Below, one piece after another: positions 32,257 through 41,280 of a stretch of 64,000 nucleotides of DNA (position 1 is its first letter; each line of letters opens with the position of its first letter). A program made the position numbers and the translations under genes. Source of the DNA: Vicinamibacterales bacterium. Lineage in GTDB: Bacteria; Acidobacteriota; Vicinamibacteria; Vicinamibacterales; UBA8438. Where the stretch lies: NCBI GenBank assembly GCA_965207595.1, contig CBDBMW010000013.1:503497-567496 (forward strand), written 5' to 3'. A model generated the notes under the pieces. It saw nothing but the letters and a program-made list of their open reading frames with translations. It was not told where the DNA came from and did no database searches.

Positions 32257-34230
32257 ATGGGACGTTCAGCGATCGCACGGTTCGGCCTCGCGACCCTGGT
32301 CGCGCCGGCGCTCCTCCTTCCACCGCTCGCCTCGGCGCAGCCGCCGGAGGGGCAACTGACCTTCCGCAGCGGCGTCGACGTGATCGAGATCGACGTCAAC
32401 GTCATCGACCGGGACGGTCGTCCCATCACCGACCTCGCGGCGTCCGACTTCCGTGTCCGCATCGACGGCGAGGATCGGCGCGTCATGCAGGCGCAGTACG
32501 TGTCGCTGCGGGCCGTGGCGCAGCCGGCGGGAGCCGCCGTGCCACGGTCGCGGAACGTTCTCTATACGTCCAACGCGGCGCAGCAGCGCGGCCGGTTGAT
32601 CGTCCTCGCGGTCGACGAGGAGAACATCCTCACCGGCGAGGGCCGGCACCTGATGCGCGCCGCGGCGGAGTTCGTCGACGCGCTGAGCCCGGCCGATCAG
32701 GTGGCGCTGATCGCGATCCCGCAGCCCGGCATCTACATCGACTTCACCACGGACCACGATCGCGTCCGGCGCGAGACCGCTCTCATGGCGGGACTCGGGG
32801 AGCCGTCCCGGCGCGCCCTGAACATCGGGTTGCACGAGGCCTTCCGCATCGCGGTCTACGGCGACCGCGATCTCGAGGACGAGGTCATCGACAGGGTCTG
32901 CGACGAGAGCCCCGCCTGCGCCTTCCAGGTGCGGAACGAGAGCATGCAGATCGTGCAGGAGGCGAAGTTCCACTCCACCAACGCCCGGCGCGGGATCGAG
33001 AGCATCCTGCGCGCCCTGCGCGACGTGGAGGGGCCGAAGCACGTCGTCTGGGTCTCGGGCGGGCTCGTCATCGACCAGAACGCGGCCCTGCTGCGCGAGA
33101 TAGAGGATCTGGCCGCGGCCTCCCGGACGACGCTCTTCGTGATGATGGTCGACGAGCCCCTTACCGACGTGAGTCAGCCGCTTCCGGCGCCGTCGCCGCG
33201 TCAGGACCGCTACATGCGGGAGCGCGGCCTCTCGGCTGCCGCCGCCGTGGCGCGGGGGGAGCTGTTTCGCGTCACCGCGAACCCGAGACGCATCTTCGAG
33301 CGTCTCGAGGCACAGATCTCGGGCTACTACCTGCTCGGCGTGGAGGTCGGCCCCGAGGACCGGGACGAGGACCGCCGTCGCATCCGCGTGTCGGTGGAGC
33401 GCGACCGGGCGCGCGTGCGGGCCCGGCGCGAGGTGCGCTTCGTCGAGGAGCCGGAAGAGGAGCGCAGCGTCGACGAGCGATTGCTGGCCATGCTGCGCTC
33501 GCCCGTGGCTACGACCGAGCTTCCGTTGCGGGTCGCGACCTACGCCTTCCCCGACCCCGACGACGGCCTCGTCCGCGTGTCCGTAGCCGCCGAGGTCGGA
33601 AGCGACGCGAACTACGTGGAGGACGTGACGCTCGGATTCGCGCTCCGCGATCCGGACGGCAGGGTGGTCCTGACGGGCCGGCGGCGGGTGGCGGCGACCC
33701 TTGCCGAGCGACCCGGAAGCATCGGCTACGAGTACACGCTGCCGATCACCGTGCCCCGCGGGCGGTATTCCCTCCGGGTAGCGGCGATCGACGGGTTCGG
33801 GCGGCGGGGCAGCGTCGACCATCTGCTCCTGGCCGGTCAGGCCTCGGACACGCCGCTCGCCTTCGGGCCGCTGCAGGTGGCCGATCAGCGGCCGTCCCTC
33901 GACAACCTGCTCGAGGTCGTCGAGCCGGAGGTGTCGAGCGGACGCGTCATCGCGTCGCTGGAGGTCTATGCCGAGTCGTCGTGGGCCTTCGAGCGGACCA
34001 GCGTTCACGTCGACGTCGCGGGCGACGAGACCGGTCCGGCCCGTGCCTACGCCACCGCCGCGCTCCTCGGTACGGACGACACCCCGTGGCGCTCGGCGGC
34101 GGCCGACCTTTCGGTGGGGCATCTTCCTCCCGGCCAGTACGTCGCCCGCGTGCGGGTGATGCGCGACGCCGACGAGGTGGCGCGGCTGCACCGCCCGTTC
34201 CGGATCACCGTGGCCCGGCAGGCGCCCTGA
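32257..34230 (+). CDS. VWA-domain protein of the acidobacterial VWFA-related type (TIGR03436-like)
   Basis: 657 aa from MGRSAIARFGLATLVAPALLLPPLASAQ. FRSGVDVIEIDVNVIDRDGRPITDLAASDFRVRIDGEDR is the characteristic N-terminal module, followed by a VWA-like LIVLAVDEENI region. Confidence 0.7.
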   Translation: MGRSAIARFGLATLVAPALLLPPLASAQPPEGQLTFRSGVDVIEIDVNVIDRDGRPITDLAASDFRVRIDGEDRRVMQAQYVSLRAVAQPAGAAVPRSRNVLYTSNAAQQRGRLIVLAVDEENILTGEGRHLMRAAAEFVDALSPADQVALIAIPQPGIYIDFTTDHDRVRRETALMAGLGEPSRRALNIGLHEAFRIAVYGDRDLEDEVIDRVCDESPACAFQVRNESMQIVQEAKFHSTNARRGIESILRALRDVEGPKHVVWVSGGLVIDQNAALLREIEDLAAASRTTLFVMMVDEPLTDVSQPLPAPSPRQDRYMRERGLSAAAAVARGELFRVTANPRRIFERLEAQISGYYLLGVEVGPEDRDEDRRRIRVSVERDRARVRARREVRFVEEPEEERSVDERLLAMLRSPVATTELPLRVATYAFPDPDDGLVRVSVAAEVGSDANYVEDVTLGFALRDPDGRVVLTGRRRVAATLAERPGSIGYEYTLPITVPRGRYSLRVAAIDGFGRRGSVDHLLLAGQASDTPLAFGPLQVADQRPSLDNLLEVVEPEVSSGRVIASLEVYAESSWAFERTSVHVDVAGDETGPARAYATAALLGTDDTPWRSAAADLSVGHLPPGQYVARVRVMRDADEVARLHRPFRITVARQAP

Positions 34231-34368
34231 GCGCCCCGAGCCGGGGGCGGGGGAACAGTCTTTCGCTCCCGCCGCCCGATGGATACAATGCGGCTGTCTC
34301 GTTGTCCCGTTCGGACCCGCCGCGAGCGGCCGGACGGGTGCGGCGCACGGAAGACAGGGAGGGCAACC

Positions 34369-35004
34369 ATGGATCGCTGGATGACGCGAATCGTCTTGCT
34401 GGGCTTGGTGGTTGCGGGTGTCGGCGCGGGGGCGTACGTCGCGGACGCCGAGGCGCAGACCATGGCCCGCGTGCGGGGCGAGGTGACCGACGAGTGGGGG
34501 AACGCGATCGAGGGCGCGCAGGTCATCGGCCGCCGCGAGGGCGCCGATCCTCGCACGACGAACACGAACGACGACGGGCGCTTCAACCTCGTCAACCTGC
34601 CGTCGGGCGACTACGTGATCGAGTTCCACGCCGCCGGTTACACCCCGACCGGCGTGGCGATGTACCTCGACCAGCGCGATGCCCGCCAGCCGCAGCGGCC
34701 GCTCGAGATCGAGATGGTCGCGTCGCCTCCGGGGAACCGGCTGCGGGACGACGTGGAGTTCGAGTCGGCGGACGGACGCATCAAGCTGGAACTGAAGGGC
34801 GACGGCAAGTTCGAGTTCGAGGACGCGGACGGCGAAGAGGGCGAGGGGACCTACGGCATCATCGATCTCGAGGGTCAGCTCACCGTGCGCGACTACGACG
34901 GCGACGACGACAAGTACAGCCTCGACGCGCCCATCGTCATCACGTTCGCCAACAACCTGTACCGGGCGCTGACCTGGGACGGCGTCGAGCTGACGCAGAG
35001 GTAG
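34369..35004 (+). CDS. Secreted CarboxypepD_reg-like domain protein
   Basis: 211 aa with the RBS AGGGAGGG and a signal peptide. VRGEVTDEWGNAIEGAQVIG...DDGRFNLVNLPSGDYVIEFHAAGY, then an acidic C-terminal half. Confidence 0.7.
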   Translation: MDRWMTRIVLLGLVVAGVGAGAYVADAEAQTMARVRGEVTDEWGNAIEGAQVIGRREGADPRTTNTNDDGRFNLVNLPSGDYVIEFHAAGYTPTGVAMYLDQRDARQPQRPLEIEMVASPPGNRLRDDVEFESADGRIKLELKGDGKFEFEDADGEEGEGTYGIIDLEGQLTVRDYDGDDDKYSLDAPIVITFANNLYRALTWDGVELTQR

Positions 35005-36330
35005 GTGCCCCGGGCCGCCTCCTTCGCGTTGCTCGTCGGCCTCCTCGCCGGGAGCTGCGGCGGCGGTGGGGTTCCCGCGGAGCTCCACGCCGTCCCGCGC
35101 CCGGACCTCTCCCGGCTCCCGGCCCCGCTCCGGGAACAGGTCGGCGACCGCTGGGAGGCCCTCACCGAACGGATCGCCGCGGGGGCGCCGGCGGCGCAGC
35201 TCGCCCGTGCCTACGGCGACGCCGGACTGCTCCTCATGGCGGCCGAGTTCGAGGAGGCCGCCATCGCCTGTCTGCGGAACGCGGAGGCGCTGGCGCCCGA
35301 CGATCCGCGCTGGCCCTACTACCTCGGGCAGTTCCACCTCCTGCGGGGCGAGCAGGCCGAGGCCCCCGCCTTCTTCGAGCGGGCGCACGCGCTCCGTCCG
35401 ACCGACGTCCCCACGCTCCTCCAGCTCGGCGAGGCGCGCCTCGACCAGGGGCGGCCCGACGCTGCGGCGGCACGGTTCCGCGAGGCGCTGGTCATCGAGC
35501 CGGGCTCGGCGCCGGCGCTCTGGGGGCTCGGCCGGGCGCTGCTGGCCAGCGACGCGCCCGCCCAGGCCGCCCGGCAACTGGAACAGGCGCTGGCGCTGGC
35601 GCCCGAGGCGAATCGCATCCACTACGCCCTGGCCCGCGCCTACGAGCGCATGGGCGACGCGCAGCGGGCGGCCGCGCACCTGGAGCGGCGGGGCGGGGCC
35701 GCACCCGCCGCGGCCGACCCGCTGATGGACGCCTACCACGGTCTGCTCGAGAGCGCGCTCGCCTACCACAACCGGGGCTTCGAGGCGTTCGCCGCAGGCC
35801 GCTGGCCGGAGGCGGCCGAGGCGTTCCGCGCCGGGCTGGCGCTGGAGCCCGACAACGTCGCGATTCGCCACACGCTGGGCACCGCCCTGCACCAGATGGG
35901 CAACGTGGCAGGCGCCGTCCGGGAGTTCGAGACGGCGCTCCGCATCGATCCCTCGCACACCCAGTCGCTCTTCAGCCTCGGGGTCGTCCTTGCGTCGGAG
36001 GGCCGCTTCGACGAAGCCCGGCGCCGGTTCGAGGCGGCGATCGACCGCGAGCCGGGCTACGTGCAGGCCCGCCTGGCGCTGGCGGACCTGTTCCTGGGAC
36101 TGGGCCGCCCGGAGGATGCGCTGTCGCAGTACGAGGCAGTGGTCGACGTCGACCCCCGCCGGGTGGAGGCCTGGATCGAGGGAGCCAACGTACGCATCAC
36201 GCTCGATCGATACGCCGAGGCCGACACCTGGCTCCGCGCGGCCCGGCAGGTGCATCCCGACGTCGCGGACCTGACCGCGCTGCACGAGACGGTCGAAGCG
36301 GTCCGCGCCATCCGGCGCAGCCTCCGCTGA
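35005..36330 (+). CDS. TPR-repeat protein, possible lipoprotein
   Basis: 441 aa. The GTG start abuts the upstream stop. N-terminus FALLVGLLAGSCGGGG, followed by multiple TPR units (WPYYLGQ, ALWGLGRA, IHYALARAYE, HNRGFEAF ...). Confidence 0.75.
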   Translation: MPRAASFALLVGLLAGSCGGGGVPAELHAVPRPDLSRLPAPLREQVGDRWEALTERIAAGAPAAQLARAYGDAGLLLMAAEFEEAAIACLRNAEALAPDDPRWPYYLGQFHLLRGEQAEAPAFFERAHALRPTDVPTLLQLGEARLDQGRPDAAAARFREALVIEPGSAPALWGLGRALLASDAPAQAARQLEQALALAPEANRIHYALARAYERMGDAQRAAAHLERRGGAAPAAADPLMDAYHGLLESALAYHNRGFEAFAAGRWPEAAEAFRAGLALEPDNVAIRHTLGTALHQMGNVAGAVREFETALRIDPSHTQSLFSLGVVLASEGRFDEARRRFEAAIDREPGYVQARLALADLFLGLGRPEDALSQYEAVVDVDPRRVEAWIEGANVRITLDRYAEADTWLRAARQVHPDVADLTALHETVEAVRAIRRSLR

Positions 36331-36377
36331 CCGCGGCGCCGGCGCCTGCGGGCTGATGCGCGTGGTAGGCTGGGTTT

Positions 36378-36641
36378 GTGTTCGACACGCACGCGATAGC
36401 CCGCCAGTTGACGGGCGCCGGTCTGACCGTGGAGCAGGCCGACGCCATCACGGATGCCGTCCGGCAGGCTGCCGAGCACGGCGACCACGTGACCCCGGAG
36501 AGGTTCGACGGCGGACTCGCCCAACTTGAGGCACGACTCGCTTGGCGGCTCATCACCGCAGGTATCGCCATCGCAGGAATCGCGGTCGCCGCGGCAGTGA
36601 CGCTGACCGTTACGATGCTGCGGCTGCTGTTGGCACCGTAG
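36378..36641 (+). CDS. DUF1640-like small tail-anchored protein
   Basis: 87 aa. FDTHAIARQLTGAGLTVEQADAITDAVRQA resembles the DUF1640/CCDC90-like N-terminus, and there is a C-terminal TM (LITAGIAIAGIAVAAAVTLTVTML). GTG start with TAGGCT 6 nt upstream. Confidence 0.6.
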   Translation: MFDTHAIARQLTGAGLTVEQADAITDAVRQAAEHGDHVTPERFDGGLAQLEARLAWRLITAGIAIAGIAVAAAVTLTVTMLRLLLAP

Positions 36642-36774
36642 CCGCGCTCCCCCAATCCTCCGTTCTGCCGGCGAGTCCGACGGTCGGGCGAGCGTCCATG
36701 GAAGGGCCCGACGCGCGCCGCTCGGCCTCGGGCGGGCCGATCCGGATCAAGGCGCCGTCTCCGTCCACTGAGTC

Positions 36775-38130
36775 TCAGATGTCCGACAGCTCCGTGAGGG
36801 CGCCCGTGCTGTCGCCGATCCGCTCGACCGGCACGCCCATCTTCCCCAGCAGGCTGACGTAGAGGTTGGTGAACGGCGTCCCCGCCTCGTAGCGGATGTG
36901 GCGTCCGCCGCGAAGCTGACCCGCGGCCCCGCCGGCGACGACGAGGGGCAGACCGAGCGCGGTGTGCGCGTTGCTGTCCGCCATGCCGCGGCCGTAGACC
37001 GCCGCCACCTGGTCGAGCAGCGTTCCGTCGCCGTCCGGCGTGCGGCGCAGCTTCTCGAGGAAGCTGGCGACGAGCTGCGTGTGGTAGGTGTTGATCTTCG
37101 TCAACTGGGACAGGTTCTCGGGCTTGTTCTGGTGGTGCGAGAGGGCGTGGTGCGGGTCCGCGACCCCGATCTGCGGATAGGCCCGCGAGCTGATCTCCGG
37201 TGCCACGATGCAGGTGGCGACGCGCGTCAGGTCGGCCTGGAAGGCGACCACCTGCAGGTCGAACATGAGCGCCGCGTATTCGTCGAACGCCGCCGGGACT
37301 CCCGACGGCTGCTCCACGACGGGCAGCTCGCGGTCGTTCTGCGCCTCGGCCATCCGGATGCGCCGTTCGACGTCCCGCACGGAGTCGAGGTACTCCGTCA
37401 TCTTGGCGGCGTCGCGGGCTCCGAGACGGGCCTTCAGGCTCGCCGCCTTGTCGGCCACCGAGTCGAGGATGCTGCGATCGGTCCGGATCCGCTCGAGGCG
37501 CGCGGCGGGATCGGTGCTCTGGCTGTCGCCGAAGAGCCGCTCGAAGACCGCCCGCGGGTTGTTCTCCATCGGCAGCGGGGTGGTCGGCGTGCGCCAGGAG
37601 AGCGTGGTGATGTAGGCGCAACTGAAGCCGGCGTCGCAGGCGCCCGCGAACGCGGTCGCCTCCAGGCTCAGCTCCAGCGACGCGAGCTGCGTCTCGCGGC
37701 CGAGGTGGCTGGCCGCGATCTGATCGATCGACACGCCCGCCTCGAAGTCCGCGCCCTCGGTCGGCTTCACGTGCACGCCGGTGAGGTACGAGCCGCTGAT
37801 GCGGCCGTGACCGCCCGCCGGCTCGCCGGGACGGCGCTCGCCCGGCTCGTTGTCGAGGCCGCTCAGGACCAGCACGCGGTCGCGCAGCGGTGCCAGCGGC
37901 GCCAGGGTCGGGCTGAAGGCGAAGTCGGTGCCGGTCGCGGCCGGCGTCCAGTCCTGCATGACCGCGCCGTTGCCGAAGTAGAGGACGCTCAACCGGGGCC
38001 GCGGCCGGGCCGCGCTGTTGCGGATGGCGGCGAAGGCCGGCACCATGCCGTCGAGGAGGGGGAGGGCAATCGCGGCGCCGAGGCCGCGCAGCACCGTACG
38101 GCGGGGGAGCGCCTTGCGGGTGACGATCAT
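36775..38130 (-). CDS. DUF1552 (HXXSHH) family protein with Tat signal, copy at the third locus
   Basis: 451 aa from MIVTRKALPRRTVLRGLGAAIALPLL, with an HHALSHH motif and the C-terminal ERIGDSTGALTELSDI. The start overlaps the upstream stop by 4 nt (ATGA). Confidence 0.85.
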   Translation of the reverse strand: MIVTRKALPRRTVLRGLGAAIALPLLDGMVPAFAAIRNSAARPRPRLSVLYFGNGAVMQDWTPAATGTDFAFSPTLAPLAPLRDRVLVLSGLDNEPGERRPGEPAGGHGRISGSYLTGVHVKPTEGADFEAGVSIDQIAASHLGRETQLASLELSLEATAFAGACDAGFSCAYITTLSWRTPTTPLPMENNPRAVFERLFGDSQSTDPAARLERIRTDRSILDSVADKAASLKARLGARDAAKMTEYLDSVRDVERRIRMAEAQNDRELPVVEQPSGVPAAFDEYAALMFDLQVVAFQADLTRVATCIVAPEISSRAYPQIGVADPHHALSHHQNKPENLSQLTKINTYHTQLVASFLEKLRRTPDGDGTLLDQVAAVYGRGMADSNAHTALGLPLVVAGGAAGQLRGGRHIRYEAGTPFTNLYVSLLGKMGVPVERIGDSTGALTELSDI

Positions 38131-40565
38131 GGCTCGGACCTCCTCATCGTGAACGGCACGCTCTGCGCGATTCCCAATACGAGAGACGACCAGCGGTAGT
38201 CGGGCGCCGCCTCGCGCACGATCCGGCGCACGGCGGGCCGATCGTGCGCCTCGAGCCCGCGGCCGAGGGCGTAGGTCAGCATCCGGGCGGCGACCGTGCG
38301 GACGAACGCCTCCCGGCGCTCGGCGAGCACCGCCCGCAGTTCCGCCGGCCCGTCGAACGCGGTGCCGTCGGGGAGCGTGGCGGACGTGTCGAGGGGGGCG
38401 CCGCCGTCCGCCTCGCGCCAGCGGCCGACGCCGTCGAAGCCCTCGAGCGCGAAGCCGAGCGGATCCATGCGGGCGTGGCAGCTTGCGCAGACCGGGTTCG
38501 CGCGGTGCTGCTCCAGGCGCTCGCGCACCGATCGGTGCGGCCCGCCCGGAGTGTTCTCGTCCAGGGCCGGGACATCGTCGGGCGGCGGGGGCGGCGGAGC
38601 GCCGAGGATGTTCTCCAGGACCCACTTGCCCCGCAGCACGGGGGACGTGCGCGTGGCGTGCGAGGTGACGGTCAGGATGCTCCCGTGGCCGAGCAGGCCG
38701 CCCCGCCCGCCCGGCGCGCCGGCGCCGAGCTCGACGCGCCGGAAGCGGCTGCCGTAGACGCCCGGGATGCCGTAGTGGCGGGCCAGCCGCTCGTCGACGA
38801 ACGTGTAGTCGGCGGTCAGCAGGTCCGCCACGCCGCGGTCCGCCCGGAGCTCGCTCGCGACGAGCAGCTCCGTCTCGCGCGCCAGCGCGTCGCGCAGGTT
38901 GTCGTCGAACTCCGGGAACCGGTTCACGTCCGGGGTCACCCGGTTCATGTTGCGCAGGTGCAGCCACTGGGACACGAAGTTGCCGACGAGGGCCTCCGAG
39001 CGCCGGTCCGCCAGCATGCGGCGTACCTGCCGTTCGAGCGTCGCGGGATCGCGCAGGCGCCCCGCCGCGGCGTCGTCGAGCAGCTCGTCGTCGGGGATGC
39101 TGCTCCAGAGGAAGAAGGAAAGGCGCGACGCCAGCTCGAGGTCCGCGAGGCGGTAGGCCGTGCCCGGCGCCGTCCCCGGTGCGTCGGTCTCGAGCCGGAA
39201 GAGGAACTCCGGGTCGACGAGGAGGCGCGTGAGGGCGCGCTGAATGCCGCCGTCGAAGCCGCCCTCCGCCCGCCCCGCGGCGTAGAAGTCCATGAGCGTC
39301 GCCACGTCCGCCTCGGTCGCGGGCCGGCGGTAGGCCCGGCGCGCGAGCGTGGCGAGGATCCGGCGCGCGCAGGCGGTCTCCGGGTCTACGTCCCCGATCG
39401 CGCGCCCGTCCGGTGTCGCCTCGTCGGGTCGGCAGGCGAAGATGCGGTGCCGGCTCGCGGTGTCGCCGGGGCCCGCGGCTCCGTAGGGACCGTCGACCAC
39501 CAGCTGGTCGATGGCCATGCGCTCGGAAGCCGGCGGGTCCTTCGCGGCGCTCAGGATGAAGCTGCTGACCGGCACACGCCGCGGGGTAAGCCCCTCCGGG
39601 GCGAGCGTGCGCCGCAGGAAGGCGCTCCCCACGTCGCGGGTGCCGGCGCGGACCGCGACCCGCGCCACCAGCTCTTCGTCGGCGTCCATGCAGCCGTGGT
39701 AGCCGGCGAGCGAGGTCCTCCCGCAGTTGGCGTCGCCGCCGACCCGGAACACGGCGACCTGCTCGCCGTCGATCCGCAGCTCGATCCGCTCCTCGCGGGT
39801 CAGCCCGTAGATGTTGCCGACGATGTCCCGTTGCAGGCGGACGCGCAACTCGTACTCGCCGTCGAGCGGGAAGCGGTGGCGCACCGCGATTCCGCCCCGG
39901 GACCCGAACGGCAGCGCATCCCCGGCCCGCTGGTCCTGGACGCGGGTCCGGGCAATCTCGTAGGTCTCGGCGGTCGGCCGCAGCCGACGGTCGCCGACCG
40001 CCATCCGGCTCACCTTGTGCGCGGCCGAGACGTAGCGCTCCATGAGCGCGGGGGAGACGTTGAGGAGGTCGGCGTTGTTGTCGAACCCGAAGCCCAGATC
40101 GTCGGCCGGCAGGAGCGACGGCGCGTCGATCTCGAGCCCCAGCAGGTCGCGGACGGCGTTGGCGTACTCCGCCCGGTTGAGCCGGTGAATGGCGGGGCGG
40201 CCGGGGTCGGGGGCGGCGTCCGCGGCCCGGTCGAGGGCGGCCTCCAGCCACGCTGCCGCGGCATCGTAGGCGGCCGGCTCGGGCCGGGCGCGCCGGCCGG
40301 GGGGCGGCATCGCCCGCTCCTCGAGCTTCAGCAGCACCTTCTCCCAGACGTCCGCCCGCTCGCGAATCGGGTCGAGCGGTGTCGCGTCGAGGGCCAGATT
40401 GCCCGTGCGCAACCGCTCGTTGTGGCAGGTGACGCAGTACCGGTCGAGGAGGGCACGGAAATCCTCGGTACCGCCAATCGGCACCGCCGCCCCGGCCGGT
40501 GCGGCCGGCGCGAGGACGACGGCGGCCAGCGTGCAGACAACGCCGCGAATCCACGGCTGTCGCAT
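38127..40565 (-). CDS. DUF1592/PSD-PSCyt family protein with CxxCH motif, third locus
   Basis: 812 aa from MRQPWIRGVVCTLAAVVLAPAAPAGA. YCVTCHNERLRTGNLALD, HRLNRAEYANAVRDLL, FLWSSIPDDELL and CASCHARMDPLGFALEGFDGVGRWR. About half of the residues are identical to copies 1 and 2 by eye. Confidence 0.85.
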   Translation of the reverse strand: MRQPWIRGVVCTLAAVVLAPAAPAGAAVPIGGTEDFRALLDRYCVTCHNERLRTGNLALDATPLDPIRERADVWEKVLLKLEERAMPPPGRRARPEPAAYDAAAAWLEAALDRAADAAPDPGRPAIHRLNRAEYANAVRDLLGLEIDAPSLLPADDLGFGFDNNADLLNVSPALMERYVSAAHKVSRMAVGDRRLRPTAETYEIARTRVQDQRAGDALPFGSRGGIAVRHRFPLDGEYELRVRLQRDIVGNIYGLTREERIELRIDGEQVAVFRVGGDANCGRTSLAGYHGCMDADEELVARVAVRAGTRDVGSAFLRRTLAPEGLTPRRVPVSSFILSAAKDPPASERMAIDQLVVDGPYGAAGPGDTASRHRIFACRPDEATPDGRAIGDVDPETACARRILATLARRAYRRPATEADVATLMDFYAAGRAEGGFDGGIQRALTRLLVDPEFLFRLETDAPGTAPGTAYRLADLELASRLSFFLWSSIPDDELLDDAAAGRLRDPATLERQVRRMLADRRSEALVGNFVSQWLHLRNMNRVTPDVNRFPEFDDNLRDALARETELLVASELRADRGVADLLTADYTFVDERLARHYGIPGVYGSRFRRVELGAGAPGGRGGLLGHGSILTVTSHATRTSPVLRGKWVLENILGAPPPPPPDDVPALDENTPGGPHRSVRERLEQHRANPVCASCHARMDPLGFALEGFDGVGRWREADGGAPLDTSATLPDGTAFDGPAELRAVLAERREAFVRTVAARMLTYALGRGLEAHDRPAVRRIVREAAPDYRWSSLVLGIAQSVPFTMRRSEP

Positions 40566-40578
40566 GAGGACCTCAACA

Positions 40579-40660
40579 GGAGTCTGCGCCGTCGAGCGCG
40601 CCACCGAGTGGCTTCGTGCGAGCGCCGACTCCCAACGCGCCCGCCGGGTGCGCTGGCGCC
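40579..40660. repeat. Composite family-B intergenic element (GGAGTCTGCGC ... GCGCCGACTCC hairpin plus GC-rich palindrome ACGCGCCCGCCGGGTGCGC)
   Basis: Arms at 40579-40589 and 40622-40632. It is collinear with the element at 60879-60967 (shared GAGTGSCT..CGWGCGAGCGC and GACTCCCRACGCGCCCGC..GGGCGCGCTGGCGC). Confidence 0.65.
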
Positions 40661-40902
40661 CACTATAGCCCAAACGGGTTCCCGTCGATCGCCGATTCTC
40701 GGTGCGCCGCCGCGACGGCAACGTGCCGTGGCGCTCGTTCGCGGGAAGGCGCTAATCCCGGCCGCTCTCGAGCCGATAAGGGAGGCGGGCCCGGGGCGTC
40801 CCCGGGCGGAGGCCGGCTTGACCGGCCGCGGGCGGCGCGTGCTAGACTCTCGGGTCGATTCCGCCCGGTTTCGCGATACTCAGCGCGCGTGAGAGCGACT
40901 TC

Positions 40903-41280
40903 GTGACGGCCCACCACTTCATCGGCGAAGGCGACTTCTCGGACCATCTGCAGAGCAGGAACGGCGACGCGCCGCACCTCCTGTCGGCCATCGCGGATGC
41001 GGTGCGCGGCGCCGGGTTGCAGGTGGTCGCCGACCAGGCGGTGCCGTTCACCGGGGGCGGAGCGACGCTCGTCTGGGTGCTGGCCGAATCGCACCTCGTG
41101 CTGCACCTCTGGCCCGAGCTGAACCGCGCCACGATCGATCTCCACATCTGCGACTACCGCGACTCCAATCGCGGCAAGGCGCAGCGGCTGCGCGACGCGC
41201 TGGCCGCGCTCTGCTTCGCGCCCGGCTCCGCCGCCTGGCGCGAGCTGTCGGTCGGCGCCGACGGGCCGGCCGGTGGCTGA
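40903..41280 (+). CDS. S-adenosylmethionine decarboxylase-like pyruvoyl proenzyme (SpeH/AdoMet_dc family)
   Basis: 125 aa. VLAESHLVLHLWPELNRATIDLHICD matches the self-cleavage and active-site signature (L.ESH..IHTWPE....D.F.C) of small bacterial/archaeal AdoMetDC. GTG start. Confidence 0.7.
   Translation: MTAHHFIGEGDFSDHLQSRNGDAPHLLSAIADAVRGAGLQVVADQAVPFTGGGATLVWVLAESHLVLHLWPELNRATIDLHICDYRDSNRGKAQRLRDALAALCFAPGSAAWRELSVGADGPAGG

Noticed and set aside
32266-36285. 1339-aa minus-strand ORF (the longest in the track), and the 1159-aa ORF at 28844-32323
   Set aside because: Both run antisense to four and two motif-rich plus-strand genes respectively (PHM-like, VWA, CarboxypepD_reg, TPR). They have low-complexity R/G/A/P-rich translations and no domain signatures.
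40818-40848. TTGACC-19 nt-TAGACT as the promoter of the AdoMetDC-like operon
   Set aside because: The spacer is longer than optimal and both hexamers are imperfect. Similar matches are expected by chance, so it is not reported as a feature.
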